Source of the DNA: Octopus sinensis
Taxonomy: Eukaryota
Assembly: GCF_006345805.1 (NCBI RefSeq)
Contig: NC_042999.1
Span: 90,210,001-90,274,000, forward strand
Reading direction: 5' to 3'
Length of the DNA stretch: 64,000 nt
Below the pieces are notes generated by a model. It was not told the origin of the DNA, searched no databases, and saw only the letters and a program-made list of their open reading frames with translations. A program made the translations under genes and the position numbers. This document shows, piece after piece, positions 1-10,723 of this stretch. The first letter of the stretch is position 1; each line of letters begins with the position of its first letter.

Positions 1-304
1 TGTAAACATTAGGGTTAAGGTAGAGCTGTATGCCAGAAAATAGGGTTCAATAAAATTAGTACCAGAAAGTGAAATAACGAAGTTGGGTAGCAGACTTAAT
101 CTGTCACATGGTTTAACATCACTGCCCAGTCCTTGGGTGCCTTGAGTGAAGCTCACTCTGTTTGCAAGTATTCAGGTCAGGCCTCCAGTTTGAGGATATA
201 TTCTTTCTTTCCTTCTATGTGTTTCTATCCTCCTTTTGTTAACTCTCTCTCTCTCTCTGGTTGGCCAACTTTGTACCTCCTAAGACACCTGTTTCTGTCA
301 CACT

Positions 305-665
305 CTAACCTTTTATCATCTGATGCAAAATTACCTCCTCCAATACTCCCTCCCTTCTCAAAGATGTTTTATCTTGCAAGTTACTTGGTGACTCTGCAAG
401 TGCTGGTGCCACATGAAGTGGTTGGCATTTGGAAAGGCATCCAGCTGTAAAAACCATGCCAAAACTGACCTTTCCTGTGCTGATGCCATGTAAAAAGCAG
501 TCAGTCCACTCTGCAGAGTGGTTGGTGTTAGGAAGGGCATCCAACCATAAAACCATGCCAAAATAGACACAGAAGCCTGGTGTAGTCTTCTACCTGGCTG
601 GCTCTTCTCAAACTGTCCAACCTATGCCAGAATGGAAGGTGGATGTTAAACAATGATGATGATGA
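305..665 (+). mobile_element. RTE-clade LINE 3' UTR fragment (or RTE-tailed SINE) with (GAT)n tail
   Basis: Shares the blocks 'ggttggcatt..gaagggcatccagc..tagaaaccatgccaaa' and 'ccaacccatgccag..gttaaac..gatgatgatg' with the copy at 58708-59543, where the same sequence follows an RTE RT C-terminus. Confidence 0.65.
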
Positions 666-1700
666 AATACCTTTCCTGTTACCAATCCTCACCTGTTTCC
701 AGGCAAGGTAGTATTTTCCAATGGCTGAACATGTTCTCCCAGAAAGTTGGAAAGGAATGACAGCTTCTATGATGGTGACACTCATTTACAACTGTCGAAT
801 GATGTCATATACTGAAAGGCAAAGTTTGCTCAACAGATCGCAAGTACCACTTCTTTATAGTTGAGTAATTAGTTACTGGAAGGACATCCAGCTGTGAAAA
901 CAATTACTCCATGAATATCTTCACTCTTATAGCATAGCAAATATAAGACAACCAGACACACACACTTTTTAAAGAATGTCTTATTGATACTTGATTTAGT
1001 CAAAATGTATCAGCTGTTTCAATTTATGTAGAATCCAAATATCAAGCTTCTTAATGAGTGCAAGACATTTTAAGTGATTTTAAATTGTTGTATGTGATAC
1101 ATTTAACCTCTCTGCAATCTCTCAAACAGTTATATGACAATCAGATTCCGTTATGGCTTTGATTTGGTCATCATCAACTTCAGTAGATCAACTAGAACAT
1201 TGGTCATCTTTGAGTGAAAAGTCTCCAGAACGGAATTTTTAAAATCATTTCTGATATGTGCATTCTCTTAAGTGATCAGCACTATAAACCTCACATATCT
1301 CTTTTTGAGCCTCAGCAGCTTTCTTGCCTTTAGAGAAATATAAAATCAAAATACGGTGAAAATGTTCGTTTTTGCACTCTATGCTAAAATTGACACTTAA
1401 CTAATAGCTGTGGACAAAATTACATACAATTTGCTTCTAAAGTAAGCTAAAAGTAACAGCTATTAAATGTTAAAAGGTAAAAAATCATAACATTGACAAA
1501 AGTCATTCAAGAAGATTGTAACTCTATCTATTTGTGAAAAACGAAATTACATTCTTGCTAACCCAGTATTCTCAATATTGTCCTTAACAAAAAGCAAGAA
1601 AACCAGTTTTTTTTAACCCTTAAAAATTTAAGGTTTAATGTTTATAAATCTATTATACTGAAATGATTTCACATTAGTTATCACTGTTACTATTTCACAG

Positions 1701-1806
1701 GAAGACCGTCCATCCAGCTGTGGCAACTCTAGTCAACCACCAACTGTAATTTCATTGCATCGTTCAATAATTGATCGTGGAGGGGATGGAGTCTTTCATA
1801 TCAGAG
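1701..1806 (+). CDS. Internal coding exon (phase 0 to 1) of an unidentified + strand gene: EDRPSSCGNSSQPPTVISLHRSIIDRGGDGVFHIR
   Basis: Acceptor tatttcacag|, donor |gtaaac, 106 nt open frame; the end phase fits the next exon at 2476. Confidence 0.75.
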
Positions 1807-2475
1807 GTAAACATGTTTGTATTTCTGAATAATTTGGAAGAAGAAGCATATGTGTAGTTTTAATTTATTATTTAATGTTGATATAACATGAAGAAAGGTT
1901 CAGAAATGTGTTAACACATTAAGAAAGTAAATAATCAAAGGGAGAAAATGTATTAAAAAAAAAGAGTTGAAAGGCACATTTTAAGTGATATATAACTTCT
2001 ATTTAAATGAATGGGTTTTCAACTAAACAGTGCTTGATATAAATAAAAAGATGAGTTCTCATACTCAAATGATCTGTCTTTGCACATGCACTTGGATAAT
2101 TTCTTGTGTAGTTTTGATTACTGATTATAGGATGTAATACTAAGCTACTTAACACCTAAGTTTTTAGAGATAGCAAATAACTAGGAGGAAGCTCCTATAT
2201 CCATTTTCCGTCATTGTAATATAAATAACCTTACTGCTGTACATTACAAGGAAATTCTCTACTGGTGCTCAGTAATACTCTGTAGCAATTACTGTGTCCA
2301 GAGAAAATTTTTTGAATGATTTTAACTGAGGTGTCCAGTATTGAATCAAACTGACACTTACAGAATGTATGAAAGTAAATTCTGAACTAGATTTGAACTT
2401 CCTTCAATTATTTTTTTTTAATATTATTTAAAAATGTTAACTCTCATACAATGTGATATTTCTTTTGACCAACAG

Positions 2476-2984
2476 GTGCTAAAGAGAGTGAATATTACAA
2501 AAGGATCTCAAAATCATCCTCGATTACCAAAAATTCATCAGGTGAAAATCAAAACACCTTAGAAGCTGCTTTATATGGTTCTGTTAGTACTTCTAGTCGA
2601 ATAATTGAACAGTTACATAATGAGAATGAAGAACTGGTATCTGTTAATAGAAAGCAAGCTGAAACTTTAGAGAATTATACAAAGCTTATGGCAGAAGTTG
2701 CCAGTTTGAAGGATGAAAACCAAAAACTTAAGGAATCTTTAGATGAAACAGTCTCTCAGATACAAGATTCTAATCAGAATTTCAACTCAGAACATATAAC
2801 ATCATTAGAAACTGAAAATCTGAAACTATTACAAAAGATTACTTACTTAGAAGAAGAAATACAAACATCTGTTAAAGAAAAGGACTCATTACTAGCAACA
2901 ATGCACCTGCTTCAAGAAGAGTTGCTTTCATCAGAGCAACAACGCACCGGTTTCCAGCATCTACAAAGTCCTAATCAAGCATAA
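2476..2984 (+). CDS. Probable terminal coding exon, coiled-coil-rich C-terminus (GAKESEYYKR...LLSSEQQRTGFQHLQSPNQA*)
   Basis: Acceptor ttttgaccaacag|; open frame from 2476 to TAA 2982-2984, containing the supplied ORF 2688..2984; E/K/L/Q-rich composition with heptad-like pattern. Confidence 0.8.
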
Positions 2985-3634
2985 TTTATTTAAATTATCC
3001 TGCGTAACAGACTTTGAAGGTCTCACAGACTGTTGCTTCTGATTTTACTGGTTACCCATTCAATATCATTTAGTTTTTCCTTTATAGCAAGATATCTGCC
3101 GGAATACAACATGATGTATAGAATGGTTCCTTGGCAAGTTTCTATAATCTATCTTATATTTATTCAATTCTTTAAAAAATGACAAGGTTTTTGTTTTAAT
3201 CCCCATTTTGTAATGCAATGGAAATAACATAGAGATAGTTAAGAATTGATAATGAGATTAGAAAGGTAATAGTTTTTCTAACATTTTGTCAGTTATACTA
3301 TAAGTATTCTGATGAGATCATAATGAATGATTTATTTATTTCAAAATGAAATGCAACACTTGCAGTTTTTCATCTAAATTTCATTCTAATTTTCTCGGAA
3401 GGAATGGAACATTTACTTGTATTGCTATTAAGTAGTACTATTTCTTCTACTACATTTGTTAGGGTATTAAGAAAATTAGAAAATAACCTAGATCTATTTT
3501 AGTTTCACTATCAGTTTCATGTAAGTGATGCTATCTGGTTGTAGTTCTGAAACAGTTTACTGTATATAGGTGTTTGTGTACACTTTTGCGTATACACACT
3601 GCTATGTAATATATATTTGGTTGTAAATAGTTGT

Positions 3635-3695
3635 CTTTGTGTGTGTGTGTGTGTGTGTGTGTGTATGAGCATGTGTGTATGCATGCCTATATGTA

Positions 3696-3729
<34 letters not shown>

Positions 3730-3765
3730 CACACACAAGTACATATATATATATATATATATATG
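3635..3765. repeat. Compound (GT)n/(AT)n microsatellite
   Basis: Read directly from the sequence. Confidence 0.9.
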
Positions 3766-5195
3766 AAAAGTTTGTAAATACTTTAATATAATTGAAAGAT
3801 GTATTTCTGGTGTATGTGTAGTGAATTATGGAAAAAGGAATTCATTTTATATATATGATATAATCTATATATATATATATTATGAGTTAAAGTGCTGGAC
3901 TAGAGTCAAACCTTATATCAGCTGTTGTGCTGTGCCCCTGAGCAAAGGACATAACTCTATTCTTTCGATTGAAACTGACAAAAACAGGTTCTATCCTACT
4001 TCATGGTTGAGTGCTTAGTGGTAAAAACAATTGCTCTAATAAAAGAAAAATCATCTTTCGCATGAATGCATGGAAAACTGAATGTTAAACAGTTAAATAT
4101 ATTAAGTATGGAAAGATAAAATATATATACATGAAGCAAATGTTTAAACATAAGACAAATGAATTCTTACAAGGTGTTGGGGAAATTCCTCAAGAATTAC
4201 TTTGAGCCAGACAATCTTCCATGTGACTGCAGAACTTCTGGACATATCTAATGTAATAGTGAAATACACTGAATACCAATGAGAGGCTAAGGTACCGGAG
4301 AATGATATAAATTCAATGAGAGTGTCACCTCTGTTGGTCCAATGATCAATACATTATGTCACATTTCAAAGGCTTTTGCAATTAAAAAAAATATTAAAAA
4401 ACTTTAAGCAGTGCACTCCACTTGTGACTGGAAATACTGATTGTACTACATTTCTATGCACCTTATCACGCACATAGATGATGCTCGCATGTCGGCACTC
4501 AGTGTGTAGCAGTGGGAGATGTAGGGTATTGTTTCCAAAGTCTTTCTCTGATATAATTCAATATTTTGACTGAGTCAGTTGACAAAATAGAATTATTTAT
4601 CAAAGGTTTTTGGCATATGGAATATGCCAGACACATTTGTTTTACACAAATGCTTCCACTACACTGTCAATGATTTCAGTTGTGTCACAGTTTCTTCAGA
4701 GAAACTGATTATTGTTGTGTGTTATGTGGAGTTATTTGGTGTAGTGTGGTATGTTACTGAGTAACACCAGTCAACTCTGCTCCATCAAACTTATGGCAGC
4801 TGATTAATCTTATGGCATGAGAACAGAGTGGTATGTGATATAGAATTGCATTTGGTGTGTTGTGTGATGTTTGTGTTTTGTGAGACGCCCTGTAAAGTAA
4901 TCAGCTACTATGATATATCAGGGTCCAATATCGTGCAGGAACATGCTGGTTCCTAGTAACTTCAGATGTGGTTGTCTAAGGTTGCACTAAAGTTCACTGG
5001 GTATCTTCTGACTTTCTTTGTCTAAGATGAGAACCACTGCTAAATTTAGTCATTAGAAAAATATGAAGATAAAGAATATCTGATAATAAATTTAGCAGTC
5101 ACTGTGTTAAATAAGTTACCTCCATAAACACCTAGTCTCTATTCGGCTTTAAAAAAAAAGTTGTCATTAAAGGTATTACTATCCATTGTTTTATC

Positions 5196-5390
5196 AGTGA
5201 GGTGGTGTAGATGGTATAGAGCCTGATCAGATGCTTTATGGTTGTTAAATGTCTCATGTTTCTGAGTTTAGATTCCATCAAGTTTGATGTTACCCCTTAT
5301 TCTCTTATTGGGTATTGGTAAAATAAATTCCAATACTGAGATGAAATCAGTTGACTATACCTTCTCTTTCACAACATGACTATGTTGGTT
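5196..5390 (+). mobile_element. Decayed tRNA-derived SINE
   Basis: Degenerate match to the cleaner SINE at 54466 (A-box-like start, 'gagttt/ca(a/g)attc' B-box region, '...gggt..ataaaat' core). Confidence 0.4.
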
Positions 5391-5879
5391 TTGATCTTTA
5401 AAAAGATTTATTTGGAAATTGGTGAATAATAATTTGTCATCTAGTTGTGTTGTAGTAATTATAAATAGATCAAATCAGTACAAATGTACACATGTGTGTG
5501 TATAATATATAAAATGTAATTTGTTTTGTCTTAAACTTCACGTTCTACTGAAAGAAACTAGTGTTGTTATGAAGCTTAGACACTTCGGTTAGAAATAACT
5601 TCACCCTGTCTGATCTTGTAACCCAGAAGTTTACTAAGCTGAAAGAAGCTGTTGTCCAAATATATGACCCACCCTATCACCTGCCTGTATCTATATGAAC
5701 ACTGTACACACATTGCCAAAATATTGCAACTGAAGAAGTTTTAGTGCAGAGTCTACAAAGAAGGTTTCAATAAATATTTTTAAAAGTTAAAAGCAGAAGT
5801 CTTTCTTTAATTCCACTTTGTGTGAGTAGGCTGAGAATGAGAGAAAAGACCATTTGTGTGTGGTGCCAACTTCACTGTA

Positions 5880-6240
5880 GTGTTCATTTCATTTCATTTC
5901 ATTTGAGTTTGAGTCCATGCTCAGGCCAAGTCGAAGACTCCACCCTCAGTCTGGTGTGGTTGCCAGGTTGTATTCTCTGTTTAATTTTGACATGTGTAGG
6001 AGCGAGTTTGAGTCAGTTTGTGCTCGTTGTGTATATCCTGGGAGATGGGGTTCGATCAGTTATACAATAAAAAACACAAATGTTTAATCCCAGTCATGAC
6101 AAACATTTTGACGTGTCCTGTGCTTAATAAATACTGTGACATCAAAGAAACAGATTCTCTGACAAACGAATTCATCTTAATTTTCCATATCTTGAGACAC
6201 TTATAGTTGTCTGTGCATCTCTATTCAATGTAACTAAGTA
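5880..6240 (-). mobile_element. CR1/L2-type LINE 3' fragment with (TGAAA)n tail
   Basis: Minus-strand translation has 'TGHVKMFVMTGIKH' (cf. LINE C-terminal TFYYTGIKDWN) and is followed by a short tandem tail. Confidence 0.35.
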
Positions 6241-7289
6241 AGCTGCTTAATTAGATGGAAGAGCATAACCAACTTATCTAAATGCAGCCCTGAGCCAACG
6301 AGAGAGCTTCTATTCAACAACTTGACTTGCTAGAAACGGGAGCTAAATATCCCTCAAATCACACCCTAGTGGCATAGGTATGCTGTACTTATGAAAATGT
6401 GATTATTGTTAGAATGTCTTTGATCATATCTCTGTGCTATCAAGGCTGAACAACAATTGCTGGTCTAAAGAAGGAACAGAACCAAAATGTTACTTGTATC
6501 TTCTTTGTATTTCTGTATATTCATCAACAAAAGGAAACAGTAGAAACTACAAAGTATAATTTTCATTTTCTGAAAAATCCACGGTACAGTTCCCCTAACT
6601 TCTGTTTCTTTTAATGGCTCTAGAGGAAGAAGAGCAACATCAATGTTCTTGTGATGTTGGGGATGAGAGAAGAAAAAAGCACAACTCTACAGGTGGCAAT
6701 ATAAGTAGGATATTGAGTTATCTTCATTCCAGAGACTTGGTTCAAATATTTGCAACAGAACAGAATCCCCTAAAGGTACACGAGCCAGTTGGCGGTGTTA
6801 AATGAGGGTAAATAATTAGATCTACTATCCAACACAAAGTGTTATACCTAAAACAAAGTACTCCACTGTGCTACCTATATGAATCAACTAAATTGACCAG
6901 TACTGATATATCACCATTGAGCAGCTAATAGTAATCAGGACATCAAGCCCCCAGCTAGTAGTAGTAAGGATATCTAGTCCCGTTCTTTAGGAGCAATCTA
7001 TAGTGAGCTAATAGTAGTAAGGACATCAACCCCCACCAGTTAATAGTAGTAAAGATATCCAGCTTCATCCTTTGAGAGCAATCTATAGTGTTCACTTTTG
7101 TTTTGGATATATTATCTGTACATTTAAGGTCTTGTTACATTGTAGTCCCTACTTCAAAAGTTGCAATATGAAGAGAAGTTTTAAGGAAGATTTGGAAGCT
7201 TCAATAACTACATTAGTAACTTCTTCAAGTTCCTAAGTCCCAGTAACAATCTTTCATATAAACATTCAATAATTAGAAGGATGACTATC

Positions 7290-7479
7290 TTACAGGTACA
7301 TGGTAACTTCACAAGTGTTGGTGCTACATAAAAAGCACCCAGTACACTCTGTTAAGTGGTTGGCATTAGTAAGGATATCCAGCCATAGAAACCATGCCAA
7401 AACAATAAAATGTGGTGGAACCTTCTGGCTTGTGTGTTCTTGTCAAGCCATCCAACCCATGCCAGCTTGAAGAAAAAGG
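7290..7479 (+). mobile_element. RTE 3' UTR fragment split by the Merlin insertion; its tail resumes at 9321-9350
   Basis: 'ccaacccatgccagcttgaagaaaaagg' at the left and 'aaaaaggactttaaatgatgatgatgat' at 9321 rejoin into the family end 'gaaaacggacgttaaacgatgatgat'. Confidence 0.6.
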
Positions 7480-7944
7480 CAGATCTTTTTCATTTGCTTC
7501 CAACCACTTGAAGATTTTTCAATTCTCAATGGATTGTTTTCAAATTTTTCACAGATGTAGTTTTGCATGCTGATGATGAATAATAACTAACAAGAGAGAA
7601 GTATTTAGTTGTATATTTTTAGTCAATGAAATGAGTTGTGTTCTCACAAGTGGAAGCTGAATATGTCTGCTGCCATGGCAACTAAGTTGCCATAACTACA
7701 AACAATATCATTGAAAATGAAGAAAGGAAGCTTGAGGCTTTTTTTAAAAAAAAAAAAAAGAATTTAATGAAAGAAAAGAAAACAAAAATGGATTTTTTAA
7801 AAAGAAAAAAAGAATTTAAAAATGTAAATAAGGAAATAATTTTTTCTTGAAGATTTATATTTATATACAATAATAATATTATTGCCATAGTCAGTTTTTT
7901 GACATGCTGCTAGAATTAACAGCCAAAACAAAACAAAAATATTG

Positions 7945-8610
7945 AAATTAGTGAATATGAGATATACCTTGCAGTATCTTTTCAAACAAGTCTTGTTTTG
8001 AATACATGTAGCACCACATAAATTGCAGAGATACAAGTCCACTGAAGAATGATGAAAGCCACAGCATCATTTATTTCCTCATTTCAGACAGGCTCAAATG
8101 CTTTCTGCTTATTGAGTATGGGTCCTGTCCTGCAAGTTTACAAACTTGACTCTGTAGTTCACCATTCTATTGCGAAATTAGTATCCTGGTATCTCAGGAA
8201 TATGTGAGTATGCATGCCATGGGTCACTGTAAATAGTTGTTCCTAACAAAATTGATTGACAAATGAATTCTTTGAGTGTATTATGATCTCAAGATAGTAT
8301 GGGGAAAAGAAAAACTTCTTGAGTTTCATGACACACAATGCTGAAAACCCACTGTTTGAGTAGCATTTGATCTGTTTTATTTTCTTGAAAAGCCCGTTTT
8401 GTCTATTTCAACACTTCTGCTAGGAGCACCAATTTCTGTTGGTTTGCATAGCAAATTGTCTGCTGCAGTCACACCAATTCCTAATTCTTCTTTACAAAAT
8501 TTATCTCTTTCACCCAGCAGTGTGTAAATGAAATTGTAGTTCTAAGTGAAAGGGTTTCCCTTTCCAGCCACATATTTCTTCTGACAGACACAGACTCTCG
8601 GCATTGTCTC
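7945..8610 (-). pseudogene. Merlin/ISXO2-like transposase pseudogene (stops and frameshifts)
   Basis: Minus-strand peptides 'EIGAPSRSVEI', 'KQWVFSIVCHETQEVFLFP', 'LGTTIYSDPWHAY', 'VNYRVKFVNLQDRTHTQ*AESI*', 'VDLYLCNL' parallel the ISXO2 motifs VEIDE, QWVFGG, PGTTIxSDxWxAY, VNHSxNFVDP..HTQxIESxW. Confidence 0.8.
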
Positions 8611-8654
8611 TTACTACACTTCCAGTATATGCAGCCATGTTGTTGTTTGTTATA

Positions 8655-9080
8655 TCATCATCATCATCGTTTAACGTCCATTTTCTCAGGTGGCATGGGC
8701 TGGACAGTTTTACTGGGGACTGGCAAGCCAGGAAGCTGCACCAGGCTACAATCTGATGTGGCTATGTTTCTACAGCTGGATGGCCTTCCTAATGCCAACC
8801 ACTCCACTCTGAGAGTGTAGTGGGTCCTTTTTACGTGCCACTAGTACAGGAGCCAGTCAGACAGCACTGGAATTGTTCATGTTCGGATGGTGCTTTTTAT
8901 GTGTCACCGGCACAGGGAGCCAGTCAGATGGATCTGGCAGCGACCCATGCATGAATGGTGCTTATTGCATTCCACCAGCACTAGTAATGGCCACAACTAC
9001 AATTTCCATTTGATTTGATTTTGATTTGACTTAATAGGTCTCCTGAAGCATGGATTGTTGTCCGACGATTCAAAGGTACT
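8655..9080 (-). mobile_element. RTE 3' UTR copy inserted in the Merlin element
   Basis: Begins (CAT)n-cgtttaacgtcc, the reverse complement of the family tail; matches 13827-14630 and 58708-59543. Confidence 0.8.
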
Positions 9081-9375
9081 TTTTATGTTCAAAAGAATTA
9101 AGTTGTCATGACAACAAACAGTTTTGACTTCCACCGCGAGGGTAGTGGCTTAAATTTCATTGGCTAAAAATACATAACTTTAAATGCTTCTAACTTCTTT
9201 ATTTAAAAATTTTCCAAAATAATAACTGCAATATTTGATATCAGCATGCTAAACTATATCAAATGTACATTTTTTGAAAATGTTCAGATTAAGATTGTTG
9301 AAAGCAAATGAAAAAAATCAAAAAAGGACTTTAAATGATGATGATGATATTTTGTTTGAGTCAGCATCTTGCAAC

Positions 9376-9443
9376 TTAGAGTTTCACTTTCTTCAGGCAA
9401 ATTGTGAGTGGAAAATCAATGGGATTATCACATTTATAGTTTT
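9376..9443 (-). CDS. Candidate terminal exon (E)NYKCDNPIDFPLTICLKKVKL*
   Basis: First AG after a ~130-nt minus-strand pyrimidine tract; phase 1 matches the candidate exon 9931-9991. No homology support. Confidence 0.25.
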
Positions 9444-9930
9444 CTAGTCATAGGGTGTGAATGTGGGGAGAAAGAATGATAAAAGAAGGGAGAAAGGAAG
9501 AGAAAACAGGGAAAAGTAACAGACAGAAAATGAGAGTAAAAAGACTGAGAAAGTAGAGTGAAAGGAAGACAAGAGGCAAAAAAATGGAGAAAAATAGAAA
9601 AAAGAGAGATTTTTTTTCTTTTTAATTTATTTTACTTTATTCCTTCTGAACTATTGACCATTTCTCCAGAACAGTACACTCCTAAAATTCTTTGTATCTA
9701 TTCTACATTTTGTTTACTCTTTTGCCACCTTACTCATTCTTAATTTAGCATCTCTGCTATTTCAACTGTTATATTTTTCATTCATTACTTCTTGTAGTTC
9801 ATGTGCTATCCCATCCTGTATGCATCTTACACCTGTTTTCTCTTTTCCTTTCCTTTTCTCCTTATCTTCCTTTCATTTCATTTTTTTTTCTATTAGTCTC
9901 TTCCCTTTTCCCCCCCTTTATACTTCTTAC

Positions 9931-9991
9931 CATTGAAAAGTACAAAGCCCATCTCTTTTCCAGTTACAACATGCCTGAAGATCTTGTGAAC
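9931..9991 (-). CDS. Candidate internal exon VHKIFRHVVTGKEMGFVLFN (phase 0 to 1)
   Basis: Acceptor ttttacctgtag|, donor |gtaaga, 61 nt open with coding-like codons; upstream partner not found. Confidence 0.4.
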
Positions 9992-10344
9992 CTACAGGTA
10001 AAACTCAGAGTAGCAAGAGACTGATTCAACCAAAATAACATAACATTAACCTCTATCATGATTTTGACTACTCTTTTTTGACAGTTAATACTAAACGAAT
10101 ATATATATCATCATAAGAATATATATATAGCAATAATAATTCTCTAAACGAGATATAGACAGTAACTGCTCCATAACAAAAGGGACATTAGCCATTTGAA
10201 TGTGGCTAGGGACAGGGCAGGGCGGTGGGGGTGTTACTGATGCATTTAGCCCCAGGCGATCATCAACGTCACCAGATAGGCTGACACCTTCACGGTGTCC
10301 TCTATCCTGCAAAGGGAGATCATTCCCCGAAGAAGCGGATGCCA

Positions 10345-10389
10345 CATACGGACCCAGGTTTCGAGGTGTTTGCCTCTCGTCAACGTATG
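10345..10389 (-). ncRNA. Minimal type I hammerhead ribozyme (minus-strand copy); predicted cleavage between 10351 and 10350
   Basis: Exact reverse complement of the + copy at 10679-10723. Confidence 0.8.
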
Positions 10390-10678
10390 GTAGGCACCGC
10401 CCCTCGACGAACGACTCTCTGTGCAGGATATTTATATAGAGATTTTCACGTAAATACATTTACTGATTTCGAAAATCTGTTCGACAGCAATAATAATTCT
10501 CTAAACGAGATATAGACAGTAACTGCTCCATAACAAAAGGGACATTAGCCATTTGAATGTGGCTTAGAGAATTATTATTGCTGTCGAATAGATTTTCGAA
10601 ATCAGTAAATGTATTTACGTGAAAATCTATATATAAATATCCTGCACAGAGAGTCGTTCGTTGAGGGGCGGTGCCTAC

Positions 10679-10723
10679 CATACGTTGACGAGAGGCAAAC
10701 ACCTCGAAACCTGGGTCCGTATG
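10679..10723 (+). ncRNA. Minimal type I hammerhead ribozyme; predicted cleavage after GUC at 10717
   Basis: CATACG (stem I) - TTGACGA core - GAGG/CAAACA/CCTC (stem II, G10.1-C11.1) - GAAA - C CTGG G (short stem III) - TC - CGTATG (stem I'). Confidence 0.85.

Larger units (their letters stand above)
7480..9320 (-). mobile_element. Merlin-superfamily (IS1595/ISXO2-like DDE) DNA transposon remnant with ~200-bp imperfect TIRs
   Basis: 7482-7685 is an imperfect inverted repeat of 9100-9319; flanked by a possible TSD AAAAAGG (7473-7479 / 9321-9327); internal transposase motifs. Confidence 0.7.

Noticed and set aside
10200-10439. ORF MWLGTGQGGGG... (and its mirror 10602..10868)
   Set aside because: Antisense to the ribozyme-sense ORF in a GC-rich element; no recognisable domain and does not span the unit.
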